Notes: generated by a model from the letters alone, not told the origin. A DNA stretch of 64,000 bases from Minisyncoccota bacterium (GCA_041660505.1 JBAZWG010000001.1:307979-371978); one strand, 5' to 3'. Shown: positions 45,868 to 57,500, counted from the stretch's first letter. Translations and numbers: made by a program.

Positions 45868-47085
45868 CTAGCTTATCGAGTTACCAATAGAATAGATGGG
45901 TTGAATGATAGAAATGGCGAAAAATCCGACGGCACCTCCGATAAGGAGCATCATGAGAGGCTCGATGATCGTCGACATATCTTTGGTCGCTGAGTCTACC
46001 TCCTCTTCATAAAAAACTGCGGTCTTCATCAGCATTCCGGCCAAGTCTCCTGTCTCCTCTCCCACTTCTATCATCTCACCCACAAGTATCGGGTAGAGCT
46101 TCTCGTTGGCTTGGAAGACGGCAGAAAGCGGCTTGCCTTTTTGAACAGCGCTGACAGCTTCATCCAAAACTTGCTTATATAAGTCGTTCTGCATTACGCC
46201 CTTGGTTGTCTCCAAGGCTTGCACCATATCCACACCGGAGGAGATAAGCGACGAGAGCGTGCGTGCGGTCTGTGCGGCGTTGGATTGTTTTATTATATTA
46301 CCAATAACCGGCGCATGCAGGGATATAAAGGTAACTGCACGCTTACCAAACACCGTCTTAAAGAACCAAGTAAGCAGTGCGACAGTGGCGATAAGCACGA
46401 ATAGCGCGATAAAATAATGATTGACCAGAAAAGAGCTCGTCCCGATAATGAGCTGGGTCTGCCACGGCAGGGCCACATGCATCGAGGTGAACGTCTTGGT
46501 CAATGTCGGCACGACGAATATCATCATCAGGACACTGATAATAATCATTATACCGATAATGACTGCGGGGTATATCATCGCCCCCTTGACCTTGCGCTGG
46601 ATGGTGTAAGTCTTCGTCATCTGTTCGGCGAGCATCTTAAGAGAGCTTGGGAGATTACCCGACTGCTCCCCCGCTTTAACCATCGCCGAGAAAACCGGCG
46701 GGAATATCTTGCTCTCCTTCGCCAACGCATCACTCAAGCTCCCGCCGGCGTCTATCTCGGCAGTAATCTCTTTGGCCACTTTCTTTAATTTTTGATTGCT
46801 TGTCTGACGATCCAGAATTTTAAGCGCGCGCGAAAGCGATAAGCCGGCCGTGAGCATCGAGCTTAAGTTGTTGGCGAAGGTGATCTTGTGCTTAAGAGGC
46901 ACCGAGACAACCATCTCGTTCAAGCCTTTGAAATAGTCGGCAAAAGCCTTGGTCTCGGCAGTCGCCGAGACGATAGAAAGTCCCTCCTTACGCAACTCGT
47001 GCGCCAGCTCGAACTTATCCCGCGCCTCGCGGACGCCAGTCGCACTCGCGCCACTAGCATTTTTCGCAGTGTACTTGAACTTCAT
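45868..47085 (-). CDS. pilC: T4P/T2SS platform protein PilC/GspF
   Basis: AGEQSG, AMIYP, VGEETG, IIEP. Confidence 0.93.
   Translation of the reverse strand: MKFKYTAKNASGASATGVREARDKFELAHELRKEGLSIVSATAETKAFADYFKGLNEMVVSVPLKHKITFANNLSSMLTAGLSLSRALKILDRQTSNQKLKKVAKEITAEIDAGGSLSDALAKESKIFPPVFSAMVKAGEQSGNLPSSLKMLAEQMTKTYTIQRKVKGAMIYPAVIIGIMIIISVLMMIFVVPTLTKTFTSMHVALPWQTQLIIGTSSFLVNHYFIALFVLIATVALLTWFFKTVFGKRAVTFISLHAPVIGNIIKQSNAAQTARTLSSLISSGVDMVQALETTKGVMQNDLYKQVLDEAVSAVQKGKPLSAVFQANEKLYPILVGEMIEVGEETGDLAGMLMKTAVFYEEEVDSATKDMSTIIEPLMMLLIGGAVGFFAISIIQPIYSIGNSIS
47046..47085. repeat. Direct repeat of the pilC 5' end, copy 1
   Basis: 28 bp (47046-47073) identical to 48318-48345. Confidence 0.9.
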
Positions 47086-47106
47086 ATGTTTATAGTATAG
47101 CGCACC

Positions 47107-48228
47107 TTAGCCAGAGATAAAATCAGAAAAGTTTTCTTTATTCACAGTTATATAGCTACCTTGGTATGTCTCGATAAAGTTCTTTGGTGGACGGGCGTGC
47201 TTCTCTCCCCATTTGAATTCATAACCATGGATTGCTCCATCATACTCTTCAACATAATCAACTTCCCCACTACGGCGGTCTCTCCAAAAGAAATGATTTC
47301 GATACATCATGGAGTTTCCCAGGGACTTCATTCTTTCAACGATGCAAAAGTTCTCCCAAAGTGCCCCAATATCATCTCTTACCGGAAGCTGATTGAAACG
47401 ACTAATAATAGCGTTACGCATTCCAAGATCGTAGAAGTATATCTTGTTTTTTTTGCCGATTTCATTTCTTGGATTCCGTGATAGAGGATAGAGCGTGAAA
47501 ATAACAAAAGACTTCTCGAGCAAATCAAGATATCGAGAAATAGTGACTCTGCCTGTTTCAAGTTTCGTCGCTAATTCATTCAATGAAACTTCGTTCCCCA
47601 CTTGCAGCGCTAATAATTGCAATAGATTTGTGAGTAGCTTTGGTTTTTTTACTTGTTCAAATTCGAGTACATCTCGGAAAAGGTAGTTGGAGGATATATT
47701 TTGCAGAAATAGTTCTGCGTCATGCCACCCGCGCTGAGTGAGCTCGGGATAACTTCCATAACGCAACATTGAGTCCAAGACGTTTGCCATCTCCCATGGC
47801 TCCTTCATTGCCGCAATTTCCCCATACGAAAATGGATAGAGATGGAATTCAACCGATCTGCCTGTTAGCGGTTCGCTAATCTTATTTGCCAAATCAAATG
47901 ATGACGACCCTGTAGCCAGTAGTTGTAGTTCAGGAAATGTATCTTTGAGCAACTTCAGTGCTAAACCAATGTTTTCTACTCTTTGAGCTTCATCGAGAAC
48001 AAAAAATGTGCCCTCCCCAAGGTATGCCCGCAATTGCGCAGCATTCTGTGATTCAAGCGCTTGACGCGTTTCCAGATTCTCGCAATTAATATACTTCCCC
48101 TTGCGGTCTTTCAGAATCTCTTTTGCCAGCGTGGTTTTGCCAACCTGACGAGGGCCATAAAGTATCGCTATTTTACCCTGCTCTAGCCAATGTTCAATTT
48201 GGGCCTTAATAGTACGTTTTATGAACAT
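47107..48228 (-). CDS. AAA_14 ATPase with DUF4143 and a C-terminal PD-(D/E)xK-like motif
   Basis: GPRQVGKTT, LDEAQ, TGSSS, YFYDLG, EVDY..YEFK. Confidence 0.9.
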   Translation of the reverse strand: MFIKRTIKAQIEHWLEQGKIAILYGPRQVGKTTLAKEILKDRKGKYINCENLETRQALESQNAAQLRAYLGEGTFFVLDEAQRVENIGLALKLLKDTFPELQLLATGSSSFDLANKISEPLTGRSVEFHLYPFSYGEIAAMKEPWEMANVLDSMLRYGSYPELTQRGWHDAELFLQNISSNYLFRDVLEFEQVKKPKLLTNLLQLLALQVGNEVSLNELATKLETGRVTISRYLDLLEKSFVIFTLYPLSRNPRNEIGKKNKIYFYDLGMRNAIISRFNQLPVRDDIGALWENFCIVERMKSLGNSMMYRNHFFWRDRRSGEVDYVEEYDGAIHGYEFKWGEKHARPPKNFIETYQGSYITVNKENFSDFISG

Positions 48229-48317
48229 AATGTATGTATATATTACAATATAATCAGTTAATATGTAACTTACATGTACATTATATACACACAGAGATGA
48301 ATGTCAAGTGTGTGCTT

Positions 48318-48357
48318 TCGCGCCACTAGCATTTTTCGCAGTGTAATGAAACTTCAT
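48318..48357. repeat. Direct repeat of the pilC 5' end, copy 2 (orphan stub MKFHYTAKNASGA)
   Basis: ATG 4 nt after the stop of the upstream adhesin gene. Confidence 0.9.
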
Positions 48358-48361
48358 TATA

Positions 48362-51300
48362 CTAATCTTTCATACAGGTATAAAGAGTACCCGCAGAACC
48401 TGAACCACCACTTCCGAATGGAAACCCGACGCGCGTGTAGCCAGCAGGACAACCACTATTATAAATATTTACGACAGTCTTGCATGCCCGCGAACCTCCA
48501 GACAACGGAGCTCCAGTACTACTTATCAATGCCGAGCCACACCAAGATCCAACTGGGGCAGCATTACTGTCGACATAATCCTTGGTTGTGACTGTGGAGC
48601 CGGTGTCACCAGAAACCGTGCTTCGAGATGAAATCTTCCCCGCGGTGCCAATGTCAGTATTAGCAACAATACCGCCCAAAACAGTCACGCTACCGTTAAG
48701 ATAAGATGCTCCGCTTACTCTCATTATTCCGTTAACTTCAAGCTTGTAAGACGGTGTTGTGTTCCCGATACCGACATTCCCCTGATACGTCGTAATCGTT
48801 TCTGTGTTATTAGAATAGAGATGCAATTTACTGCCAGCTCCTGAATTATAACCGATGTACATGTCTTTATCGATAGCGCTGTTCGTATTTTGCAGTACGC
48901 GCATGTTGGCATATTGATCGGCCGAGGAAAGATCGATTCCTTGCGCCGCACCAGTACCGCTTATAACAAGCTTAGCTGTAGTTGGTGAGTTTGTACCAAT
49001 GCCTACATTCCCCGTACTTGTCACGAGAGCTGGTCCTTGGTCGGAGGAGAAATACCCTCCGTAACCACCTACCCCAGTCGCTTTGGCGTAAATTCCATAT
49101 GTAGCTCCATTACTGATAACACCGTAGGAACCGGTATTTAGAACTCGAATTCCAACGGTGCCACTGCTGGATACTTCTAGCTTGGCATTAGAAAGTGTTT
49201 GTGTGCCAATACCGACATTGCCACCAAAATATGATTGACCATTGCCGTAGAAATCGTACCCGCCGCTACCCCCACCTTGCCCCATAACACCGTTGCCCGT
49301 ACCGATACCTACTCCAAATACCCCGCTTACATTACTCATCGCATACACACCGTAGCTGTTACCACCCCTTACATCAAGCTTCGCAACTGGTCCGGGTGTC
49401 CCAATTCCAATATTTGTACCATCGTCATAGATGTTAGAATTAGCAATAGCGCTGGCAGAGCTGAATTTGGAAATGTATCCAGCAGAACCGCTTCCTGTTA
49501 CAGTTCCTCCTCCACCGCCACCTGCCGGCGTCTGCCATGTGGCAAGACCCGCCGCATCGGAAGTCAAAACTTTGCCCGCGCCCGGGGTGCCACCAGTAAT
49601 CTTGACTTGTCCTGCAACCTCAAGCTTCGCACCAGGTGTAATTGTGCCTATACCGACATTTCCGGTCGAGCCTTGCATTGTCGCAAAACTTTTACCTGCA
49701 CCAGAAGCGTTAGCCGAACGGAAAATGATGTTGCCGGTTGCGCTCGGTGCGTTCACATAAGTGTTTGTCCCATCTGTAAGCATCGAATAGTCTACACCGC
49801 TTCTCCACCATGCAGAGTAGGAGCTCGGATATGATGGATGCGTACCCATAAAAGTGTTGCCGGCTGCACTAACATTACCCGTAGCCGTAATGTTACTACT
49901 TGAATTGATTGCACCGGAGACATCGAGTTTTGCGCCCGGTGAAGCGGTGCCGATACCGACATTTCCTCCCGTATCTGCTATCACCGTAGTGCCGCGCAGA
50001 TAATTAATACCGTTGCCGAGATAATTGAAAGATGTTAAACCTGCCGTGGAATCTTTACCAGCCGGTAGTCTGACCTCGCCATAAGCAACTTCAAACTTTG
50101 CGTTTGGTGTCTGTGTGCCTATACCAACACCGCTTCCGTTGTCAAATATTATAGAATTGGTGAGTGCGCTTGTGCCCCATTTCGACAAGAAGTTGGTCGT
50201 GAGAGATCCGACTTTCGGATCAGTTTCTGACACGACACTGGCCCATGATGTCCTACAATCAGCATTTATACATAAACCGGTGCCGTTTATCGAACCGCCA
50301 ACATTAAGTTTATGGGTTGAGAAGGGTGCGGATACTGCCGCATTGCCAGTGTTCGTATCTAACCTAAATCCATAATTCCCGCTTGTGTCGGTCAACCCTA
50401 CTTGTGTAGTACCGAGCATACCTATATATGCTTGATCTGTAGTGTTGTTATTGAAGTAAAGCCCGGCCGCAGTACTGGCTCCTTTGCGTATACGCGACCA
50501 ACCATAAACATCAAGCTTCGCCGTAGAGGGAGTTGTGCCGATGCCAATATTGTCGAGATAATAAGCTCCGCCGCTAATTGATACGAATGGTGATGAACCA
50601 GCAGGCCCTGTTGGGCCTGTCGCACCAGTCGGCCCGGTTGACCCTGCAGGACCGGTGGCACCTTGGGGACCGGTCGGCCCGGATGCCCATGTACCGTCTC
50701 CGCGAAGGAAGGTCGCCGCCGTAGCACCTGCGGGAAGTTTGGCGACAGTTACGGCGTTTGGAGCGATCTTAGCAGTAGTCACGCCACTATCTGCGAGAGA
50801 GAGCGCTGTCGCCACAGAAGACCCGTTTCCTGTGATTGGTGAGTTAGCAAACACAGTCGCAACTGGTGCTGACCAGCTACCGTCATAACCGAGAAATGTT
50901 CCTGCATTCTTTACGCCGGCCAGCTTTGCGATAGTAACGCTACCGTCTGCTATTTGCGCAGTTCCCACTCCGCTGTTTGCGATTCCGATTGTACCGGTTG
51001 TTGTAATAGTTCCGCCCGATAATCCTGTGCCGGCGGTTATACTTGTCACTCCGCTTGAAGCCGGCGTCTGCCAAGTCGCAAGTCCTGCGCCGTTGGATGT
51101 AAGCACCTTATTATTCCCCGGAGTACCGCCGTCAATTTTAATCTGTCCGGCAATTTCAACAATTCCGCTATTGTTATTCGTGATATTATTCCCCGATGTC
51201 GTCCATTGAGTTGTTGGAGTTGCCCAAGTACTATCACCTCGGAGAAAAGTTGTGTTGTTTGCTGTGCCACTGCCTAGGCGGGCAGTGGCCATAGTACCTG

Positions 51301-52090
51301 TTGTAATCTTGCTGGCGGGCAGTGCACCGACATAATATGGGACGAGAACACCGTTTCCGACTATTGTAGTTCCGTCGACAGCGACACTTGCGTATGGCCA
51401 AGCAGTGCGACAGTCGGTACCGAGGCACATTCTCGATGTAGATGCCGTACCTTTAACTTCGAAGCTGCCGGTCGTTGTGGCATTACCGGCTAGCATTGTA
51501 TTGCCCGTAAACCACGAGTCACCGGAGACCAGGAACTTTTTACCGCCGTTATTACTGGTGCCGATACTCACATTGCCGGTAGTATTGTCAGAGTACAAGC
51601 CGGCAACAGGTCCGAGCATGACCACTGACCCATCTTCACTCACCGCACTGTCTGTCAGGCTTGTGCTTAGTGCGTCCCATTTGGCTAATTTATTCTGCGT
51701 CCCAGACCCGCCGACCGAGCCGGCGCCAACGGTTGAGAAACACGTACTGGCAGAACCCAAACAGATCTTGTTTGCGAGAATATCTCCGAAGACATCAAGC
51801 TTGAGATTCTGATTTATCTGTAGATCGGCAGCCGCATCGCGGGGTGCGTATACACTCGGCAGGCCTATAGTAGAAAGTCCGTTGTCAACCGACAAGCCGA
51901 CAGGAACACCGGAGTCTGTTCCCACGCGGAGTCCGCCCTGCTTGGTCTGATCTGACGCGCCGCTAGAAATAGGTGCGTCTTTATCCGCGCCCGGCGGAGT
52001 TTGAGTAGGGCCAGTCCAAGCGAGCGCGGACGGAATTAGAGAATTAAAGAATATAAGAATTATTGGGAAAATTTTTAGGGCTTTAGTCAT
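48362..52090 (-). CDS. Secreted fibre/adhesin-like protein with GNVGIGT repeats and a collagen-like segment
   Basis: Signal peptide, AWTGP motif, many GNVGIGT..P..KL.V.G modules, Gly-X-Y run. Confidence 0.85.
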   Translation of the reverse strand: MTKALKIFPIILIFFNSLIPSALAWTGPTQTPPGADKDAPISSGASDQTKQGGLRVGTDSGVPVGLSVDNGLSTIGLPSVYAPRDAAADLQINQNLKLDVFGDILANKICLGSASTCFSTVGAGSVGGSGTQNKLAKWDALSTSLTDSAVSEDGSVVMLGPVAGLYSDNTTGNVSIGTSNNGGKKFLVSGDSWFTGNTMLAGNATTTGSFEVKGTASTSRMCLGTDCRTAWPYASVAVDGTTIVGNGVLVPYYVGALPASKITTGTMATARLGSGTANNTTFLRGDSTWATPTTQWTTSGNNITNNNSGIVEIAGQIKIDGGTPGNNKVLTSNGAGLATWQTPASSGVTSITAGTGLSGGTITTTGTIGIANSGVGTAQIADGSVTIAKLAGVKNAGTFLGYDGSWSAPVATVFANSPITGNGSSVATALSLADSGVTTAKIAPNAVTVAKLPAGATAATFLRGDGTWASGPTGPQGATGPAGSTGPTGATGPTGPAGSSPFVSISGGAYYLDNIGIGTTPSTAKLDVYGWSRIRKGASTAAGLYFNNNTTDQAYIGMLGTTQVGLTDTSGNYGFRLDTNTGNAAVSAPFSTHKLNVGGSINGTGLCINADCRTSWASVVSETDPKVGSLTTNFLSKWGTSALTNSIIFDNGSGVGIGTQTPNAKFEVAYGEVRLPAGKDSTAGLTSFNYLGNGINYLRGTTVIADTGGNVGIGTASPGAKLDVSGAINSSSNITATGNVSAAGNTFMGTHPSYPSSYSAWWRSGVDYSMLTDGTNTYVNAPSATGNIIFRSANASGAGKSFATMQGSTGNVGIGTITPGAKLEVAGQVKITGGTPGAGKVLTSDAAGLATWQTPAGGGGGGTVTGSGSAGYISKFSSASAIANSNIYDDGTNIGIGTPGPVAKLDVRGGNSYGVYAMSNVSGVFGVGIGTGNGVMGQGGGSGGYDFYGNGQSYFGGNVGIGTQTLSNAKLEVSSSGTVGIRVLNTGSYGVISNGATYGIYAKATGVGGYGGYFSSDQGPALVTSTGNVGIGTNSPTTAKLVISGTGAAQGIDLSSADQYANMRVLQNTNSAIDKDMYIGYNSGAGSKLHLYSNNTETITTYQGNVGIGNTTPSYKLEVNGIMRVSGASYLNGSVTVLGGIVANTDIGTAGKISSRSTVSGDTGSTVTTKDYVDSNAAPVGSWCGSALISSTGAPLSGGSRACKTVVNIYNSGCPAGYTRVGFPFGSGGSGSAGTLYTCMKD

Positions 52091-52160
52091 GAATTTATAT
52101 ATTATTGTAATTACTCTATTATATTCCTAAATTCTAAAATTCTTTAATTCTGTCTGTGTA

Positions 52161-53972
52161 TTACTCATTCGCTACACGCAAGACTTCCTCTATGCTCGTT
52201 ACGCCTTGTGCGGCTTTAAATATGCCATCTTCGAACATCGTAAGCATGCCGGCCGCACGGGCAGTGCGCTCCAAGTCGGCATCGCTCGCGTTCTTGATGA
52301 TTAATTCTTTAATCGCCGGTGTCATCTTCATAATCTCGTGAATACCGACACGACTCTTATAGCCATCCGGGCAGTCTGGCGATGGCTTGGGGCGACAGAA
52401 TTGGATTTTTGAAAAGTCATCGGTCGGGCCGACTATTTTCTCTTCTCGTAATTTTTGCAGTACGACATCGAGATTAATATGCTTCTTTAGTGACTCTATC
52501 TCGCCCGCCGTCAGCGTGTATTTCTCGTTGACGTGGTGCAAACGCCGCACCAAGCGCTGAGCGATGACCACGTTAAGGGTTGAGACGAGCAAGAACGGCT
52601 CCACCCCCATATCAATAAGCCTCGGCACCGCACCGGCAGCCGAGTTGGTGTGCAAAGTAGAAAGCACAAGATGGCCGGTCAACGCCGCATTGATGGCAAG
52701 AGATGCTGTCTCTTTGTCGCGAATCTCCCCCACCATTATAATATTCGGATCTTGGCGCATCAGGGCACGCAAACCGGCACCGAAGGTCAGGCCGATGTCG
52801 GGCTTAACCTGCGTCTGATTAACACGACCCATCTGATATTCGATCGGATCCTCTATTGTAGAAATATTTACGTCCGGTGTATTTAGCGTGTCTATCATCG
52901 TATAGAGCGTCGTCGTCTTGCCCGAGCCGGTCGGGCCGGTGGCCAGGATTATCCCCGTCGTTTGTCTCATTGCGTCGTGAATAGCTTCGAGCCCGGCGCC
53001 ATGGAAGCCGAGCACCTCGAGAGTGAATCCCTTTGCTGTATCGGGAAGCAAGCGCATCACCACCTTCTCGCCGAAGTATGTCGGCAAGAGCGAAACGCGG
53101 AATGACACCTTCTGCCCAGTCTCGGCATTGTCGATTTTAAATCGTCCGTCTTGAGGCAAGCGCTTTTCATCTAGGCGCAGGTGCGAAAGCACTTTGATGC
53201 GCGCCACGATGCCGGAAGCGGCGGCGATTGGCAATATCATTGCGTCATGCAAGATACCGTCGATGCGATAGCGGATTACGAGCTGGCCCTCGAAAGGTTC
53301 GATATGAATATCCGACGCCTGCTGGAGAATGGCGTGCTCGAGCAAAGCGTCCACAATGCGCACCACCGGCACATCTTCTGCCAGCTTAGCCAGATCAGGA
53401 TCAACTTCAGGGCCAGAGGTGAGTCCTCTGACATTTTCAGCGGCCGAGGTGAGTCCTCCGGTTTCAGCGGAGGTCTCTCCTCGGCCACCTATCTTCCTCG
53501 CCTCTGAACTTATAATACTGCCAAACTCGTCGCGCAAGCTTTTCTGATATTGGATAAGACCTCCTTTTATAGATTCTGTGTCTGTGAGCCGCGGTAAAAT
53601 GCGCACACCCGTGCGCTTGGCGATGAACTCGATAGCCTCCACGTCTTGCGGATCAAGCATCGCTACCTCGATATTGTTGTCTTTATCTCTCGCGTAAGCG
53701 AGCACATTGTGTTTGCGCGCAATCGGTTCCGGGATTATTGCAAGCAGTTTCGGGTCTATCTTCTGACCCTTTAAAGATATGAATGGAATGCCGAAGAGGT
53801 ACGCCTGCACACGGCGGAATTCGTCTTCGGTAATCTTACCTTCAGAAACTAAAACGTCGCCGACCGTTCTATCCTTCTCCTTTGCAAGTTTATCTGCCGC
53901 GTCGAAGTCGGCACCAGAGATCAAGCCGGCATCGAGCACGAATTGCTTGAGCTGTTTGGTGTCGAGTTGCAT
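52161..53972 (-). CDS. pilB: T4P/T2SS extension ATPase PilB/GspE
   Basis: ASDIHIEP, GPTGSGKTTT, TIEDPIEY, RQDPNIIMVGEIRD, TGHLVLSTLHTN. Confidence 0.95.
   Translation of the reverse strand: MQLDTKQLKQFVLDAGLISGADFDAADKLAKEKDRTVGDVLVSEGKITEDEFRRVQAYLFGIPFISLKGQKIDPKLLAIIPEPIARKHNVLAYARDKDNNIEVAMLDPQDVEAIEFIAKRTGVRILPRLTDTESIKGGLIQYQKSLRDEFGSIISSEARKIGGRGETSAETGGLTSAAENVRGLTSGPEVDPDLAKLAEDVPVVRIVDALLEHAILQQASDIHIEPFEGQLVIRYRIDGILHDAMILPIAAASGIVARIKVLSHLRLDEKRLPQDGRFKIDNAETGQKVSFRVSLLPTYFGEKVVMRLLPDTAKGFTLEVLGFHGAGLEAIHDAMRQTTGIILATGPTGSGKTTTLYTMIDTLNTPDVNISTIEDPIEYQMGRVNQTQVKPDIGLTFGAGLRALMRQDPNIIMVGEIRDKETASLAINAALTGHLVLSTLHTNSAAGAVPRLIDMGVEPFLLVSTLNVVIAQRLVRRLHHVNEKYTLTAGEIESLKKHINLDVVLQKLREEKIVGPTDDFSKIQFCRPKPSPDCPDGYKSRVGIHEIMKMTPAIKELIIKNASDADLERTARAAGMLTMFEDGIFKAAQGVTSIEEVLRVANE
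53414..53486. repeat. Three in-frame REP-like units inside pilB
   Basis: GAGGTGAGTCCTC twice and GAGGTCTCTCCTC once; encode RGETS, GGLTS and RGLTS. Confidence 0.8.
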
Positions 53973-53980
53973 GAGATCGA

Positions 53981-54024
53981 CACCGAGGTTCAACCTTTTT
54001 GATGCCTAAGGTTGAACCTCGGTG
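53981..54024. repeat. Family A dyad upstream of pilB
   Basis: CACCGAGGTTCAACCTT-TTTGATGCCT-AAGGTTGAACCTCGGTG. Confidence 0.9.
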
Positions 54025-54027
54025 GCA

Positions 54028-54504
54028 TTATTTGATAAGTACGATACGTTTCGCGCTAAATGAAGTGCTCGTGATATCCGCTCCGGCCTCCGCCGACACA
54101 TTCATCCCCGCCTTCAAGTCAGCCAGTTTGATATTCTTCTCTAGAAACGGATTGAACTGCTCCCCCGCCTTCGGCACCGCTTGCAGATTTAGCTCTCTGC
54201 TTATCAGAACAGTTGCGCCGGAGACCTCAACTGTATAGGCCGTCGAAGCTACCTTCCCCGCCGTCGGGTCATAAGGAGGCTGTACGTCGAGCGTTAGTGA
54301 GTTGCCGGAAACCGCTATTATTTTACCCGAGACACTGGTAATACGAGTCGGTGCTGGCGGGATGACCCCAGATTGCTGTAAGTTCGCGCGCACCTCTTGC
54401 CGGGCATTGCCAGCCCCGTTTTCGTAGCCCATGGTATATCCCGCGACTCCGCCGAGTATCAACCCGACAATAACTCCTATTATTATTTCTTTTGTTGTAT
54501 TCAT
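54028..54504 (-). CDS. Membrane-anchored OB-fold-like protein
   Basis: N-terminal TM; GKIIAVSGNSLTL...DLKAGMNVS. Confidence 0.7.
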   Translation of the reverse strand: MNTTKEIIIGVIVGLILGGVAGYTMGYENGAGNARQEVRANLQQSGVIPPAPTRITSVSGKIIAVSGNSLTLDVQPPYDPTAGKVASTAYTVEVSGATVLISRELNLQAVPKAGEQFNPFLEKNIKLADLKAGMNVSAEAGADITSTSFSAKRIVLIK

Positions 54505-54513
54505 GATTATTAT

Positions 54514-57500
54514 TTATCGCTTGATGCAAGAAAATGCATAAGTTCTGGCCTCGTTGGCAAGCTGGGCATTATCTTTAATATTAAAGCTGATGGCTCCGGT
54601 AGTAACAATCTTCCAACCTGCTTCACACCCCTTCCCCGACATCGGTGCGATAAACGATGTCATGAAATCCCCGCTCGCAACCTTGGCCGCAATAACTGAA
54701 TCAGGAATTTCACATGAAGTGGGTGTGCAGTATGTCTGCGGTTGTATAAATGCTGAAACCCCATACCCTGCAATCGAACCGGCAGGAAGTGAGTTGTAGT
54801 TAGCTATTGTTGCACCGGTGCCTGCAGGACCTTGCGGTCCGGCAGGACCAGCCGGGCCCATTGGCCCAACTGTACCGCCAGTTCCTCCTCCAGTGATCCC
54901 TAAATCGGTTAGCGACTTCCAGCTCGCCGTACCATCACCAAATGAAGCAAGGATTTTTGATGTTTGTCCGGTACTCAAACCTTCCGTACCATCAGCAATA
55001 CGCACCTTGCCGCCGACTTCGAGCATGAGTTGAGGGGCGGTTTGCGCTTGTGCGGTTCCGATAAGAGAACTTACGGAAGCTGTTTGTTTTTGTGATTGCT
55101 GTTCATCTCCTCCAAATAGCGACGAGAACCATGAGCCGACCGAAGCCAACAATCCCTTCTTCTCGACATTGGCAATTGTTTTGCTTGCCGAAGCATTGAT
55201 TGAGAATATATTACTCTCGCTAGCCGGAACAAGAGGATAACACACCCCCTTATACAGAAGGGTATCTAGACTGGTAGACACTCCCGGCACAAAACTAAAG
55301 ATTGTGCCTGCGTCCAGTTGACCGCGACCCAATCCCATTGACCCCGGATTGTTGGTATATCCGGCAAAACATTTTGCATGGAGACCTGCAACCGCCGCAT
55401 ACCCATAGACTGAAGTGTTTGGCGCGACGACAGCGGGACCTTCTTGTGTAACAGGCGTATTGGTGTATGAGTGAACCGATGTGTACCAATCTTCAAACTT
55501 AGTATCATTTGGGGCGTGACAAATAGCGAGGGCTTTATGAGGTATTAAATCCCCGCCCGTATCTCGCATTTGGTCGAGAGTGGTCCAACCGGATGGACAC
55601 GTTGCCCGCTCTTCTTGAACTCCACTGGCCCCTTTAACAACAACCATGCCCACGCCTCCGGGGACGTCCGCCCAAGTTGTAAGTCGGTGATTATTCGGTT
55701 CACAAATAGCATGCAGGTTACTGATATGCGCAGTGAAACTATCGAGTTTAGTCATTCCGGATGGGCACGCACTGGTAGAACTCATAAAGCCGAGGCCGGA
55801 TGGAAGTGTCATCGTCTTTGGAGTCGGTGGTGCGTCAGTTGCCGTCATAGGTGGTAACACTGCCGGCGGGACCCCAGCCACTCCTGGCGACTTGCCGGTG
55901 GCAGATATAAGAACCTTGGCCCTAGCAATCACAGCCGTTCCATCTTTATCGCTTGCGGAGAAGTCTCCCCCGACACCACCAGGGCCACCACCTCTTCCAA
56001 CGACACCAGCACCGCCAAGATTGTTATAACCCATGACACCGTAAGTATTGCCATGTCCCACTATGCCATAGTTTCCAGTACTTTCACCGCGTATAGCAGC
56101 GCCCTTATCCGCAGACACCTCCAAGCGTGCGTCCTTCGGCTTTCTGACACCAACACCGATCCTTCCGTCTACATAGAGGTTGGCTGGGTCGGTCGGCGCG
56201 TCTGCCACTTCCGCTCCATAAGCGCCATGGGCTTTCCTTACGGCTTCGGCTTTTGTTATGCCGATACTTATATAGACACACATGGCATAATCGTCTTGCG
56301 TTATGCGATTGTCACCGTCTACATCAAGCTCTGCGAATTCCACAGTAGTTGGAGTATACGTGCCAAGCAGGTAGTTAGTTACTTTTTGCTGACTTGTCGC
56401 CGCTCCTCCTCTGCAATTCCCCCCACCGCCACCTCCTCCGCCAAGTTCACTTAAGCTCTTCCAACTAGCATTCCCCGTCGCGTCAGATGCGAGTACTTTT
56501 TTATCGCCTTCGTTAATACCTGTAAATTTGAGCGGACCGCTTGTTACAAGAGCCATGGAACCGGGATATCCAGTGAAAGAACCAGCGGTTGAACCATTCC
56601 CACTGCTTACGCCTGAAATTGCGATGGAACCCTGTCCTGTTACCGTCGCATCAACGCCTCTGGCGTCCACACCGTTCGTTTCTGTAATAATTCCGGTAGC
56701 ACTGCGAACATTACCGGTGTGTCTGATAGAAATACCAAGCGGTGATTTTACTCTGACTGAAGTGCCGATTTCTATCGCCCCCGGGTTTCCGGGAAAACTG
56801 TCGTATTGTCTCACCATCGAATCTCCAAGGACGCTACCGCCAACCCACTTAGGAAGATACCCTGGTGTACCACCGCCCGTAACGCCTGGTGGTGGCGGGG
56901 GGCAGTTGGTGCCTACACACTGTATTTTCGGTACGCAGATAGGCCTCCTTGTCGTCTGGTCGAAACCTTGAATCACTTTATCGACACCGCAATCGCCTAT
57001 CGCAGTTAAGATGGTCGGTGTGTCCGCACTGATAGTGCCACTTGTTGTAATTTTGTTAGGATCGGCGCCGTTGCCAGTGAAGACGATACCGTTGCCTTTA
57101 TTAAGTTCGCTGATGCCCGTATCGATAAAATCTCGCGTAACAAGATCAGACCATTTATTGATACAGTGCTGGTCGTCCGGCAAGCAGAGGCCAAGTGTCT
57201 TTATATTGCCTGCGACGTTGAAGAGCTGGGTGAAGAAGTTATTGTTATTATTGCCGACACCAGGATGGACAACTCCGTTATTGTCAGTAAATTCATAAAA
57301 TAACGAATCACCGAGGTTTGTAGCACCGAACCATCTGGCAAGCCTGCCTGGTGTGCCTTGGCCGGTTAGGCCACTACCCCCTGGCGTAATGATAATACAG
57401 TCAGCTGTCTGACCTGTTGCGATTTGCTCGGGGGTACAGATATTGGTGTTCGTAATATGATTGCTAATCTGCGTCCAGTCATATTGAGTAAAGCTATTCG

